From positions 74,131 to 138,130 of the forward strand of contig JAYPVM010000003.1 of assembly GCA_038134595.1 (NCBI GenBank): DNA of 64,000 bases, written 5' to 3'. This DNA comes from Pseudomonadota bacterium. GTDB lineage: Bacteria > Bdellovibrionota_C > UBA2361 > OMII01. Shown here in pieces: positions 37,283 through 47,203 of the stretch (position 1 is the first letter of the stretch; each line of letters opens with the position of its first letter). The notes under the pieces are model-generated. The model worked only from the letters and a program-made list of their open reading frames with translations. It was not told the origin of the DNA and did not search any database. Both the position numbers and the translations under genes were made by a program.

Positions 37283-38299
37283 ATGAAGAAGGTCAGTCTC
37301 AAGGACTTAATAAGCCCAAACAGAGTAGAAGTTGAAGGCATCACGGCCGATAGCCGTTACGGTAAGTTTATCGCTGAGCCGCTTGAGCGCGGTTTCGGTA
37401 TGACGATCGGTACGGCAATTCGCCGGATACTCCTGTCGTCATTACAAGGCGCGGCTATCACGTCGATACGAATCGATGGCGTTTCGCATGAGTTCTCAAG
37501 TATTCCCGGTGTTGTGCAAGATGTCACTGAACTTACGCTTAATCTAAAAGAGGTGGTTGTTCGACTCGAAGAGAAGGAAGAAGCGGTCTTAAGGGTGGAA
37601 GCTCAGGGGCCTTGCGATGTAACGGCTGGAATGCTTCAAGGAGATGGCGTTGTAGAAATATTAAACCCAGAGTTGGTTTTGGCGACTCTTGGAGATGGTG
37701 CGACGCTCAGCATGGAAGTAACCGTGAAGGTTGGAAGGGGCTATGTACCTGCTGACAAGAACAAGGTTGAAGGGGCCCCAGTTGGCACCATCTTTATGGA
37801 TTCGATCTTTTCGCCAATTCGACGAGTTAATCTCGCTGTTACCAACGCTCGTGTAGGACAAAGAACTGACTACGATAAGCTTGCGATGGAAATTTGGTCC
37901 GATGGAAGTATTGATCCTCGTTCGGCCATAGCTCAGGCGGCTCATATCCTAGTTGACCAATTAGGTATTTTTGTTGGGCAAGATCTCATTGTTGAAAGAG
38001 AAGAGCCAAAACTTGAGGAGCCAGCGAAGCGATGGAATGATAATTTGTTCCGCCGTATTGATGAGCTTGAGCTCAGTGTACGCTCTGCCAACTGTCTGGA
38101 GAATGCCGACATCAAATACATTGGGGAACTGGTTCAGCGAACAGAGGCTGAGATGCTCAGAACTAAGAATTTTGGACGGAAGTCTCTCAATGAAATTAAG
38201 GAGATTCTGTCGGAGATGGGACTTTCCTTGGGATTGAAGTTAGAGGATTTTCCAGCTCGCCGAGATTTAGAGTCGATGAAAGAGCAGACTGATCACTAA
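37283..38299 (+). CDS. rpoA: RNA polymerase alpha subunit
   Basis: [29 protein letters not shown] and [10 protein letters not shown]. Confidence 0.99.
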   Translation: MKKVSLKDLISPNRVEVEGITADSRYGKFIAEPLERGFGMTIGTAIRRILLSSLQGAAITSIRIDGVSHEFSSIPGVVQDVTELTLNLKEVVVRLEEKEEAVLRVEAQGPCDVTAGMLQGDGVVEILNPELVLATLGDGATLSMEVTVKVGRGYVPADKNKVEGAPVGTIFMDSIFSPIRRVNLAVTNARVGQRTDYDKLAMEIWSDGSIDPRSAIAQAAHILVDQLGIFVGQDLIVEREEPKLEEPAKRWNDNLFRRIDELELSVRSANCLENADIKYIGELVQRTEAEMLRTKNFGRKSLNEIKEILSEMGLSLGLKLEDFPARRDLESMKEQTDH

Positions 38300-38319
38300 T
38301 CGAGAAAGGAAGTAGTACT

Positions 38320-38832
38320 ATGAGACACCGCAATGGTCAGAGACAATTAAGCCGTTCAACAAGTCACAGACGTGCCTTGTTGCGTAATATGGCCACGTCG
38401 TTCATAAAGTTCGAACGTTTTGAGACCACAGTGCAAAAAGCTAAGGAGCTTCGACCCGTGGTAGAGCGTTTAATAACTCTAGGTAAGGTCGATACGCTTG
38501 CTGCAAGAAGGCAGGCGTACGGATATTTGACTGAGAAATCTGTCGTTCACAAGTTGTTTGCAGAGGTCGGTCCTCGGTGCAGGACTCGTAATGGTGGTTA
38601 TACTCGTATAGTCAGAACTCGCTATCGACACGGTGATGCTGCGGAAATGGCGGTTATTGAATTAGTTGATAAGGCTGGTGAGAAGCCGGTAGAGAAAAAA
38701 GTTGACGCGAAGGCGCCTGCAAAGAAATCAGCATCGTCTGCAAAAGCTAGCGAATCGAAGAAGGCCAAGGCAGCTTCGAAAAAGCCTGCAGCTTCGAAAA
38801 AGCCTGCAGCTTCGAAAGAGAAAACGAAATAA
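38320..38832 (+). CDS. rplQ: 50S ribosomal protein L17 with Lys/Ala-rich tail
   Basis: MRHR...LSR..SHR.ALLRN, RNGGYTRI and GDAAEMAVIELV. Confidence 0.99.
   Translation: MRHRNGQRQLSRSTSHRRALLRNMATSFIKFERFETTVQKAKELRPVVERLITLGKVDTLAARRQAYGYLTEKSVVHKLFAEVGPRCRTRNGGYTRIVRTRYRHGDAAEMAVIELVDKAGEKPVEKKVDAKAPAKKSASSAKASESKKAKAASKKPAASKKPAASKEKTK
38770..38817. repeat. 18-bp tandem repeat (2.7 copies) encoding AASKKP
   Basis: GCAGCTTCGAAAAAGCCT twice plus GCAGCTTCGAAA. Confidence 0.9.
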
Positions 38833-38919
38833 CTGAAAAGCTTTGTTGAGCACGATCTAGGATCACCTCTACGAGCAATGTCGTTTGTTTCTTGGTGGTT
38901 CCAATCGTAGGAGGGACGT

Positions 38920-39690
38920 ATGGGAATGTATGACGGCAAAAAAGTACTAGTTCTGGGTGTTGCGAATGACCGCAGTATTGCGTGGGGTATCGCAGAAGCG
39001 TTGCACCGAGAGGGGGCCGAGCTAGCATTTAATTATCTAAATGAGGCATTAGAGCGCCGTGTGCGGCCTCTTGCTGAATCACTTCAGTGCGAGAATGTCT
39101 TTCAGTGCGACGTTCAAAAGGAAGAGCAAATCGATGCGATGTTTGCTGAGCTCAAAGAGAGATGGGGAACTATAGATGCTGTAGTGCACTCTCTGGCATA
39201 TGCTGAAAAAGATGATCTTTCTAACAGGTTTGTGAACACTACTCGAACTGGCTTCCAGACCGCCCTTGATATCTCTGCATATTCGCTTGTATCGGTTGCA
39301 AAGCGAGCCTTGCCATTAATGTCGGAAAATGGTGGTTCCATTGTGACCTTGTCCTACCTGGGTGCGGAGCGAGTTGTTCAGAATTATAATGTTATGGGTG
39401 TTGCAAAAGCCGCACTAGAGGCATCAGTCCGTTATTTGGCGGCTGATTTGGGACAGGATAATATTCGAGTTAACGCTATATCGGCAGGTCCTATTAAGAC
39501 ACTTGCCGCATCAGGTATTCCTCAATTTCGGGATATGCTTACGGCATTTGCTGAGAAGGCTCCTCTTAAGCGTAACGTGACTCAGGAGGATGTTGCCAAT
39601 ACCGGATTGTATTTGCTTAGCCCGCTCGCCTCGGGGGTGACAGGTGAGGTGATATATGTTGATTGCGGCTTTAGTATCATGGGTATGTAA
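38920..39690 (+). CDS. fabI: Enoyl-ACP reductase
   Basis: GVANDRSIAWGIA, YNVMGVAKAALE and NAISAGPIKTLAA. Confidence 0.97.
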   Translation: MGMYDGKKVLVLGVANDRSIAWGIAEALHREGAELAFNYLNEALERRVRPLAESLQCENVFQCDVQKEEQIDAMFAELKERWGTIDAVVHSLAYAEKDDLSNRFVNTTRTGFQTALDISAYSLVSVAKRALPLMSENGGSIVTLSYLGAERVVQNYNVMGVAKAALEASVRYLAADLGQDNIRVNAISAGPIKTLAASGIPQFRDMLTAFAEKAPLKRNVTQEDVANTGLYLLSPLASGVTGEVIYVDCGFSIMGM

Positions 39691-39713
39691 GTGCTCCGGG
39701 TATTTTGATAGCT

Positions 39714-40064
39714 ATGAGCGATGATCTAGAGAAGCTTGCTGACTCGTTGTGCGCCTTAGGGGAATGCATCCTTGAATCCCCGGAAAATAAAGAAGAAGAA
39801 GTTTTGGCATTGCTTGAGCGCTATGTAGAGGAGTTCGATCGTTGGAACGTTCTCTGGACTGAGGATAATACGCAAAGACCTCTTTCGCTAAAAGACGCTC
39901 AAAAGATACTGGATCTTCATGAACGTGTCTGTGTATGCGCCCAGCAGATGGCGGATGAAGCCGGAAGCTCAATTAAAAGCATGCGTGGGTGGAGTAAGGG
40001 AATCAGGGCTTATATAGATCATTTTCCGAGTAAGATTAGTACCACAAGGGGTAAAAAGGGGTAG
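39714..40064 (+). CDS. Hypothetical helical protein (weak FliT-like pattern)
   Basis: All-helical pattern with KILDL...KGIRAY near the C-terminus; the ORF opens at 39705. Confidence 0.55.
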   Translation: MSDDLEKLADSLCALGECILESPENKEEEVLALLERYVEEFDRWNVLWTEDNTQRPLSLKDAQKILDLHERVCVCAQQMADEAGSSIKSMRGWSKGIRAYIDHFPSKISTTRGKKG

Positions 40065-40070
40065 TTTGTT

Positions 40071-40649
40071 ATGATAAAGAAGCTCCTTGGCCTTATTTTT
40101 GTACTCGGTTGTGGATATACGTTCCGGGGTAGCGGAAGTGTGCTACCGCCTGACGTGCATAAGATATATATTCCAATCGTGCAGAACGATTCCACAAAGA
40201 TCGGCCTCGGTAATTTACTTACCGAGGCACTTCGTGATGAATTTGATAGCTATGGAGTGGTGTCAGTTGTGGATAATGCGCGTGATGCAGATGCAACTTT
40301 AACGGTTGAAGTTCTTGATGTGCAAGAATCGACTGGTTCTGTTCGTTCTGGAACCAATACCGCCCTTCAAATGGACACTGTTATGTTCCTACGTGGTGAA
40401 CTGAGACGAGAGACAGGAGAGCTTCTGTGGCGTGACCCCCAACTTAAGGTGCAACAGACTTACGGCGCGGACAGTTCTGCCGTAGTGACTTCTTCTGTGG
40501 GTTTTGCGGGTGGAAGTATCTCTTCAGCAGATCTAGGAGGATTGAGTAGTCGTGAAATATCAAGAGGACAAGAGGCGAGTGCTTTAGCTGGCTTGGCCGA
40601 GGAGGCCTCTCGAGAGATATATGATAAAGCCGTTGCCCCAGATTTCTAA
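40071..40649 (+). CDS. lptE: LPS assembly lipoprotein LptE family
   Basis: Lipobox LGCGYTFRG, IYIP...N.S, LTEALR.EF and ADATL. Confidence 0.8.
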   Translation: MIKKLLGLIFVLGCGYTFRGSGSVLPPDVHKIYIPIVQNDSTKIGLGNLLTEALRDEFDSYGVVSVVDNARDADATLTVEVLDVQESTGSVRSGTNTALQMDTVMFLRGELRRETGELLWRDPQLKVQQTYGADSSAVVTSSVGFAGGSISSADLGGLSSREISRGQEASALAGLAEEASREIYDKAVAPDF

Positions 40650-40683
40650 AAGTTGGGGAGGGTAGTGGTTGTGTGCTGGTTAG

Positions 40684-41208
40684 ATGGTAAGAAACAGACG
40701 TGTGATAATTATGAAAACTCCAGAGATTGTTGAAGTTTTGTTGGTCGCTAAAAATCTGAATGCGGCGTTGAAGAATTTGATAAAGCGCGAGGGGGATGGT
40801 AACCCAGAAGTGGTTAGTTTCGCCAAAGATCTAAGAGCTAGAATTAGTGGTTCAAAGTTCAATAGCGATAGTGTCGAGAGCTTTGTTGAGAAGTCACTAG
40901 AGCGAGAACGGCACGGGTTTTTTTTAGGGCTCGCCAGATATGCATTCGCGGATGTGATCGATCCAGTAGTTGAAGATGTTATTGGTCGCTTTGCCGATAC
41001 CTTTAACACCACCTACGAGCGGACTGATGCAGGTGTCGTAGTAAAGTTGCCGGAGCAATTCAAAGAAATTGTCGACGAGGTCGTGCGCATTGCTGATGAG
41101 GCGCTAGAAGCCGCGAAGATTCCCGTCAATAGTTATTCAAGGACGACAATGTTTGCTACTGTCTTTGAGGCTGATGTTTTAGAAGAAGTACAGAAGACCT
41201 TTCTTTAG
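40684..41208 (+). CDS. Hypothetical protein
   Basis: 174 aa ORF with protein-like composition; may start at 40711; no motif recognised. Confidence 0.65.
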   Translation: MVRNRRVIIMKTPEIVEVLLVAKNLNAALKNLIKREGDGNPEVVSFAKDLRARISGSKFNSDSVESFVEKSLERERHGFFLGLARYAFADVIDPVVEDVIGRFADTFNTTYERTDAGVVVKLPEQFKEIVDEVVRIADEALEAAKIPVNSYSRTTMFATVFEADVLEEVQKTFL

Positions 41209-41408
41209 TGTCCTCGCGCATAGAAGGTTATGCGCCTGAAAAGTTAGAATTAGTCCTGGCGGCCGCCAGCATAACTATTCCCAAAAGGGTTGAAAAGCCC
41301 GCAGAAGACGACAATCTCTCGATTGCTTGAAGGATATAGAAATACCAGTTCGTTTTTAACGATAACGAGTGGACTAGTAGAGTGTGACTTCGAAAAAATG
41401 CCTCTTTA

Positions 41409-41672
41409 CTAGGCGTTTTTCTGGATGTAGGCGTTAAGCCGGCTTATTTTTCTAGCAACGGTAGCTTTGTGGTAAAGCCCCTTCGAACAAGCGCTAGCCA
41501 TTAAAGACTCGGCTTTTCGAGCAAGTTCTGTTGCTTCAGGAGTGCTTCCTGTTGTAGCAGCCGTTTCGGCTTTCTTCAGTGCGGACCGAACCGCAGATTT
41601 GGTTGAGCGGTTTCTATCTCTTCTCTTAAGACTCTGTCGGTGTCGTTTGATAGCAGATTTGTGATTAGCCAT
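41409..41672 (-). CDS. rpsT: 30S ribosomal protein S20
   Basis: MANHKSAIKRHRQS..RR.RN and KGLYHK..VARKISRL. Confidence 0.97.
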   Translation of the reverse strand: MANHKSAIKRHRQSLKRRDRNRSTKSAVRSALKKAETAATTGSTPEATELARKAESLMASACSKGLYHKATVARKISRLNAYIQKNA

Positions 41673-41834
41673 AATAATTAATTTGTCTCTAAAAATAACG
41701 TGTTCCAATCTACCGGCGACACTCGCTTGCGAAATACAAAGTTTCCACCTTCGCTGACGGCAGATAGACCTAGGATACTAGCATGAATCATAATAGGACT
41801 CAAACCTAGCACCCTCAAATTTATCACCTGGGTA

Positions 41835-42356
41835 TTACTTTTTAGGTCCGGCAACCCGCGGAAAGAACTCATCGGACCAAGCCTTGGTTGCACCAGTTTG
41901 ACCTTGATAGTGGCCATGATTGCCTTCTCCATATGCGATCTCTGGTGGAGCAGACATGCCCATGAAAACGAGTTGCGCGACTCTCATACCAGCGACGAGC
42001 TCCCGAGGATAGGGGCCTAAATTTTGGAGTTCCAGGGTTACTTGCCCAGCAAAACCACAGTCAATCCAGCCGCTTAGGCTGTGATTAAGCCATAATCGCC
42101 CCAGGGAGCTTTTTAGCTTAAGATCGCACACAACATCTCGCGGCATCTTTAGATGTTCTTGTGTGGTTGCCAGAATAACCTCGCCGGGAAACAGGATTAT
42201 GGAGTCCGATATAATTTCTTCCGGGTCTCTAGTCGGACAAATCCAATGATTCCCTACTGTAACGTCATAACTAGCTGGATTTATTTGCTCTGGATTAAAT
42301 GGGCTGATCCCGCCGCTTTCGGCAAACTCCCTTATCCAATGGTCAGGTTTAATCAT
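41835..42356 (-). CDS. dcd: dCTP deaminase
   Basis: QINPASYDV, KSSLGR, GWIDCGFAGQVTLEL and YQGQ.G.T. Confidence 0.92.
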   Translation of the reverse strand: MIKPDHWIREFAESGGISPFNPEQINPASYDVTVGNHWICPTRDPEEIISDSIILFPGEVILATTQEHLKMPRDVVCDLKLKSSLGRLWLNHSLSGWIDCGFAGQVTLELQNLGPYPRELVAGMRVAQLVFMGMSAPPEIAYGEGNHGHYQGQTGATKAWSDEFFPRVAGPKK

Positions 42357-42520
42357 AATCGTGTATCCTTTAACAAAACCGCTACATCGTCATAATCTAT
42401 CTGCCGATAGAAATAAAGGCTCTTTTGCTTGTAGTTCGTCTTTTTGTCCTCGACGATAGTGGTGGGATGCAGATTGTCTTTAGTCACATTCATACACCGG
42501 TTCAACAACGGGAGGGAAGG

Positions 42521-44002
42521 TTGAGTATCAATAAGAATCTCGTATTTGAGCGAATCCTACTGCTTGAGGATGATAGTAGCCATGCGATGCTAATCAAGCG
42601 AGCGCTCGAGGATCTTTCAGACTCTGTTCATGTTTCAGGTACGCTGCGAGATGCATTATCTTCTCTTGAAAAGCATCAATTTGATATTGTAATTAGCGAC
42701 TTGAATCTACCAGATGCCAGTAGAGATGACACAGTGACAGCGTTGAGAAACTATTCCGCCGAGCTGCCATTGCTCGTACTTACGTCATCGTCTCTTGTCA
42801 GTGACGGAGTGGCCGCTATGCGAGGAGGTGCCGATGACTTTCTTGTGAAGAATTTCGATTCTACGTTTAGAGATGTCTTGCAAGTGGTATTGAGCCGACT
42901 CAAAAATACGGTGGATGCACGTGCCGAGCGTCGAGAGCTCGAGCGGGATCGAGCTGTCTTGAGAGAAGCTATCGAGAACAGCAACGATGGTCTGGCAGTT
43001 GTGTTTCGGGATGGGACTATTGGACACCGCAATGCCGCCTTTGAGGATTTTTTAGCGAGTATGGGTATGGATGCAACAAGTCTCAAAGGTCGAGACTCTG
43101 GCGGTGTGTCGTTGGCGGCAAAACTTTCTAATCGTTTGGCGGGTCTCTCACCAGGAGCGGTCTGGAGAACAGAATTCGGTTCAACCTCGACCAAAGAACG
43201 AGCCTTTGAGTTGTCAATTGCAATGTCTACGCAATCCGACAGCCCGGATAGCGCCGTCGTTTGGGTGCGAGATGTTTCGGACAAGAAACGGCGAGAGCGA
43301 TTTCAACGAGAATTACTTTCAACGACTACCCATGATTTAAAAGGCCCTTTGGGAAGTATTTCGCTTTCATGTGAAGTGCTACAGCGAAAGGGGGCGGAGG
43401 AACCCCTTGTTGACGGTATCGCGAGCTCTGCACGGGCGGCTCTGCAACTTATCGACGAGTTTTTAAGCGCTCGAAGTATTGAGGATGGTGCCTATGTGCT
43501 GAGACCGGTAAGTCAGCCATTACTTCCTGTTATGCTCCGTGTTGCCGACAATTTGCGGATCTCCGCAGAACGTCGAGACATACAGATCAAGGTGGCTGAG
43601 GATTCGCCGGATACTGTCGGCTGTATCGATACTCTGGGGTGTGAGCGTGTATTGATGAATCTTGTAAGCAATGCGATTAAGTTTTCTCCTAAAGGGAGTG
43701 TTGTTTCTGTGGCATGTCGGCGAGCTGATGGAGGGGTCGTTTGCTCTGTAAAAGATGAAGGTAGAGGAATAGAAGTATCTGATATTCATCGTTTGTTTGA
43801 GAGGTATGGACGCCTGGAAGAGCACGGTCATATTAGCGGAACCGGATTGGGTCTATTTATCGTCAAGTGTATCGTCAATGCTCACAATGGAACGATTGAT
43901 GTCACTTCTGAGCAAGGAACCGGAACAGTATTCGAGATATTTTTTCCCGATGATCCACCTCGAAACGAGAGGGGTGAGATTGTTTGCCAAGACGTAATGT
44001 AA
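42521..44002 (+). CDS. Hybrid sensor histidine kinase (REC-PAS-HisKA-HATPase)
   Basis: ILLLEDD, SDLNLPD, GADDFLVK, H-box THDLKGPL, N-box NLVSNAIKFS, and G-boxes DEGRGI and GTGLGL. TTG 42521 has a strong RBS; the ORF opens at 42425. Confidence 0.92.
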   Translation: MSINKNLVFERILLLEDDSSHAMLIKRALEDLSDSVHVSGTLRDALSSLEKHQFDIVISDLNLPDASRDDTVTALRNYSAELPLLVLTSSSLVSDGVAAMRGGADDFLVKNFDSTFRDVLQVVLSRLKNTVDARAERRELERDRAVLREAIENSNDGLAVVFRDGTIGHRNAAFEDFLASMGMDATSLKGRDSGGVSLAAKLSNRLAGLSPGAVWRTEFGSTSTKERAFELSIAMSTQSDSPDSAVVWVRDVSDKKRRERFQRELLSTTTHDLKGPLGSISLSCEVLQRKGAEEPLVDGIASSARAALQLIDEFLSARSIEDGAYVLRPVSQPLLPVMLRVADNLRISAERRDIQIKVAEDSPDTVGCIDTLGCERVLMNLVSNAIKFSPKGSVVSVACRRADGGVVCSVKDEGRGIEVSDIHRLFERYGRLEEHGHISGTGLGLFIVKCIVNAHNGTIDVTSEQGTGTVFEIFFPDDPPRNERGEIVCQDVM

Positions 44003-44023
44003 TGGAAAGCTGGGACTGAGGAA

Positions 44024-44989
44024 ATGCTAATAAGGATAAACTATGGCGTTGTTTGTGGCGCTAAATCCATACTGCTTTTATTGATCACTTTGTATGTGAC
44101 GGGGAGATATGCCTGGGCGGACCCAGTTGCAGACATTTCATTCGTTTCATCGCTTGACTGTCACAAGGAGTCCCGACGCTGTGGAGCTGTTTTTGTTGGA
44201 GGAGATTATGCCGGCAGTAAATTAGGGCTCGAGATTAATAAGAATCTGGGAGGGGTGATACGTGTCGACTTGAAAGACGGAGATGCGTATCCGCTTCACA
44301 TTGCCGCAGGCGGTGTTGCTGGAGCAACGATCACGTTAACGTGGGATGGAGATTATAATCCGCGCCAATTATCGAGCATTGGCTTGAATTGTCTCGATGT
44401 TACTCATTTAGAATCTTTAATCGTGCCCATGCGTTTCGATGATGCTCGTAACGATGGTTTGGCCGAGCAGGCTAAGCAGCATACCTTCTCTGCGCGACTG
44501 ATAGCCTATAATGGAAAAGATCCGACCGGTCAGAAGTACTCGATATCATCAGCGCTTCAGAGCGGGGAAAATATCGAATTCAAAAAGGACAACTTTACTC
44601 GAAACGGACCTCGTGGAGCGGTAGATTTCTCTTGTGTAGGTGCGATCACACTTGCTTTGCAGGTTGACGAGCCTTTAGAGATGTCCCTTTGGTTAGGGCA
44701 GCCCGGAGAGATTGCACCCGCGTTTGTTAAAGATCCACTAGCAGGTAATTCACCGGCAACCCAAGACAAACGCGCCGTTGGCGGTGTAAGGGATATGAAT
44801 GTGCCGATAGAATCTAAGACTCCTGTGCTGCAATCTGACCGGATACCTCAGGTGGAAGGTAATCCGCTTTATGTTAGAGATTTTGAGAGCGGTGGGTCGC
44901 TTGATATTGAACCGTCGGATAGCTCCGATACCTGGGACTCGGCAGAAGAAGATGTACTTGTTTTCGGAGAAGCTGCTAGGACGCATTAG
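44024..44989 (+). CDS. Hypothetical exported protein
   Basis: Signal peptide ending AWA, a beta-rich core (TLTWDG, DFSCVGAITL) and an acidic low-complexity tail. Confidence 0.65.
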   Translation: MLIRINYGVVCGAKSILLLLITLYVTGRYAWADPVADISFVSSLDCHKESRRCGAVFVGGDYAGSKLGLEINKNLGGVIRVDLKDGDAYPLHIAAGGVAGATITLTWDGDYNPRQLSSIGLNCLDVTHLESLIVPMRFDDARNDGLAEQAKQHTFSARLIAYNGKDPTGQKYSISSALQSGENIEFKKDNFTRNGPRGAVDFSCVGAITLALQVDEPLEMSLWLGQPGEIAPAFVKDPLAGNSPATQDKRAVGGVRDMNVPIESKTPVLQSDRIPQVEGNPLYVRDFESGGSLDIEPSDSSDTWDSAEEDVLVFGEAARTH

Positions 44990-45139
44990 GTTTTTGGCAG
45001 CATTGTTCCGCCCCCCATCGTGTTTCTCAATATGCTTTAAAGCGAGGGATTTATATGAGGAGAAATGAACTTAGTCTATTCTTTTTGCATTGCTAGCTAT
45101 CAGATAGACTTGGTGGATAGAGCGTGCTAAAAATCCTCC

Positions 45140-46324
45140 ATGGCAAAGCAGTTTAATATTCCCCGATCGTATCGGTCAGACTTTATTGGTCGAATAAAGA
45201 CGAAAAGGTCTAGTGCCGATCCCCGTAAAATGGACTTGAGCCCAACTCCATTGACGATTGGGTCAGTAACATTTTTAGTGGCGCGCTTCTTTGGTTTTTG
45301 CTACGGAGTTGAGAACGCTATTGAGATAGCCTATCGAGCTTTGGAGGAAAACCCGGATAAGCGGATTTTTCTGCTAAGTGAAATGATTCATAATCCTCAT
45401 GTCAATGAAGATCTGCTGTCTCGGGGAGTTAAATTCTTGCAGACTGCGGATGGTGAAGAGTTATTTCCGGTTTCAAACCTCCGGTCAGACGATGTTGTTA
45501 TTATCCCTGCATTTGGAACAACTCAAGAAATCGTGGGCCATTTGCGTCGTCAGGGTCTTGATCCGCAAACGTATAACGCTACCTGTCCTTTCGTAGAAAA
45601 GGTTTGGAAAAGGGGGCGGCAGATCGGAGAACAGGGTTTTTCAGTCGTTATTCATGGAAAGCATTCGCATGAGGAAACTCGGGCTACGTTTTCGCAGGTG
45701 CAACCCGCTGCGCCGTGCGTTGTTATTCGCGACTTTGTAGAGGCATCATTGTTGACCCGATATATACGAGAAGAGCTTCCTAGCGAGCAGTTTTATGCTG
45801 ATTTTGAAGGTCGTTACTCGCAGGGATTTGATGCTGTTCGTGATCTCAAAAAGGTTGGTGTGATTAATCAAACAACCATGTTGGCCGAGGAGACACGGGC
45901 AATAGCGCAGCTCATTAAAGAAGCGTTACACGATAGATATGGGACTGAGAGCTTGCCCGATCACTTTGCCGACACCAGGGATACACTTTGTTATGCAACC
46001 TCTGAAAACCAACGAGCTATGAAAGCATTGTTGGAGTGTGAAGCAGATATCGCTGTTATTGTAGGAGGATATAACTCGTCTAATACATCGCATTTGGTAG
46101 AGCTCTGTGAGGGACGGATTCCAGCGTTCTATGTAAAGGATGCTGATGAGATTATTTCCCGACAAACTATTCGACACCTTAATCTTAAGAAGGGCGTTGT
46201 TGAATGCACTAATTGGTTACCAGAGAAAAACTCGGCTCGGATCTTAGTTTCTGCGGGTGCGAGCTGTCCCGATGCGATGGTTGAGGAGGTTATCGAACGG
46301 ATCGCTAGTTTGTTTGTTGCATAG
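45140..46324 (+). CDS. ispH: 4-hydroxy-3-methylbut-2-enyl diphosphate reductase
   Basis: GFCYGV, IHNPHV, ATCPFV, HEET, QTT, TLCYATSENQ, SSNT and AGASCPD. Confidence 0.96.
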   Translation: MAKQFNIPRSYRSDFIGRIKTKRSSADPRKMDLSPTPLTIGSVTFLVARFFGFCYGVENAIEIAYRALEENPDKRIFLLSEMIHNPHVNEDLLSRGVKFLQTADGEELFPVSNLRSDDVVIIPAFGTTQEIVGHLRRQGLDPQTYNATCPFVEKVWKRGRQIGEQGFSVVIHGKHSHEETRATFSQVQPAAPCVVIRDFVEASLLTRYIREELPSEQFYADFEGRYSQGFDAVRDLKKVGVINQTTMLAEETRAIAQLIKEALHDRYGTESLPDHFADTRDTLCYATSENQRAMKALLECEADIAVIVGGYNSSNTSHLVELCEGRIPAFYVKDADEIISRQTIRHLNLKKGVVECTNWLPEKNSARILVSAGASCPDAMVEEVIERIASLFVA

Positions 46325-46438
46325 GGGCGCGTCTGTTTGTGCGAATACGGCAAATAGATATCGCCGCAGTAACAGTGGCAGTCTTGGCCTCGTGGACTAC
46401 TCGAATTCTTTTCGTTTTATAGCGGCGCGTGATGTGAT

Positions 46439-47203
46439 TCAAGCGAAGCGACTTTTTAAATTTCTGGAGTATCGCAAAAACTTGTAATGCTTTCTAAACA
46501 GTGCATTGCCAAGAGAGGACACTTTGCAGTTTTTGGCCTGTTCTGCTAAGGCTGAGAATCGACCTACCATTCGGGGTCGTCTTAGGAATAATCTGAGCTT
46601 TTTTATCTCTTGAACTGTTATGAAATCGGAGTGTAGGCAGACTGTTTGGATGCCTCCTGGTGTCCATCGGGGCTTCCAGGTCTGTTGGGGTATGAATAGA
46701 ATTCCTTCATCGACAAATGGATGTAGGGCAATTCCATCTGTTGCTGCTGTAAATCCAGCGATACGTAGAGCCCGTAGGGTAGTGCGATCAAGTGAGTGAT
46801 TTGGTGCCATCCAGTACGGAGTCTGCAAGCCCTCTTGTGCAAGGATTTGCTTGCCACGATGTATCTTGTCGAGTTGTATTTCAAGAGGTTCTCCAAGAAA
46901 CTCGGAGTAGGGTCGATTTGGCATGAGATACAAGGGAGTGGGCTGAGCATATCGAGGTTGGAGAATATGCTGGTAGCCATGTTGAGCTATATCGACTAAA
47001 TCATCTGTTACCAATTGTCGCATAGTTTCCCAAAATGAATGCCGATACGGCTCTATCGATAAACGGGGATCTTGATTGTCTGGAATAACTCCGAGTAGCG
47101 GTTTAATACCATGCTTTGAAAAAAGCTGTATAAGTGCCCAAAATTTATTCCAGTTCATTACCGGTGATATATCATCTAATCTAAAGATATAGGTGGTTGT
47201 CAT
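46439..47203 (-). CDS. Polysaccharide deacetylase-like protein (DUF2334 type)
   Basis: FRLDDISP, LGVIP, QHGYQH, SEF.G and APNH. Confidence 0.8.
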   Translation of the reverse strand: MTTTYIFRLDDISPVMNWNKFWALIQLFSKHGIKPLLGVIPDNQDPRLSIEPYRHSFWETMRQLVTDDLVDIAQHGYQHILQPRYAQPTPLYLMPNRPYSEFLGEPLEIQLDKIHRGKQILAQEGLQTPYWMAPNHSLDRTTLRALRIAGFTAATDGIALHPFVDEGILFIPQQTWKPRWTPGGIQTVCLHSDFITVQEIKKLRLFLRRPRMVGRFSALAEQAKNCKVSSLGNALFRKHYKFLRYSRNLKSRFA

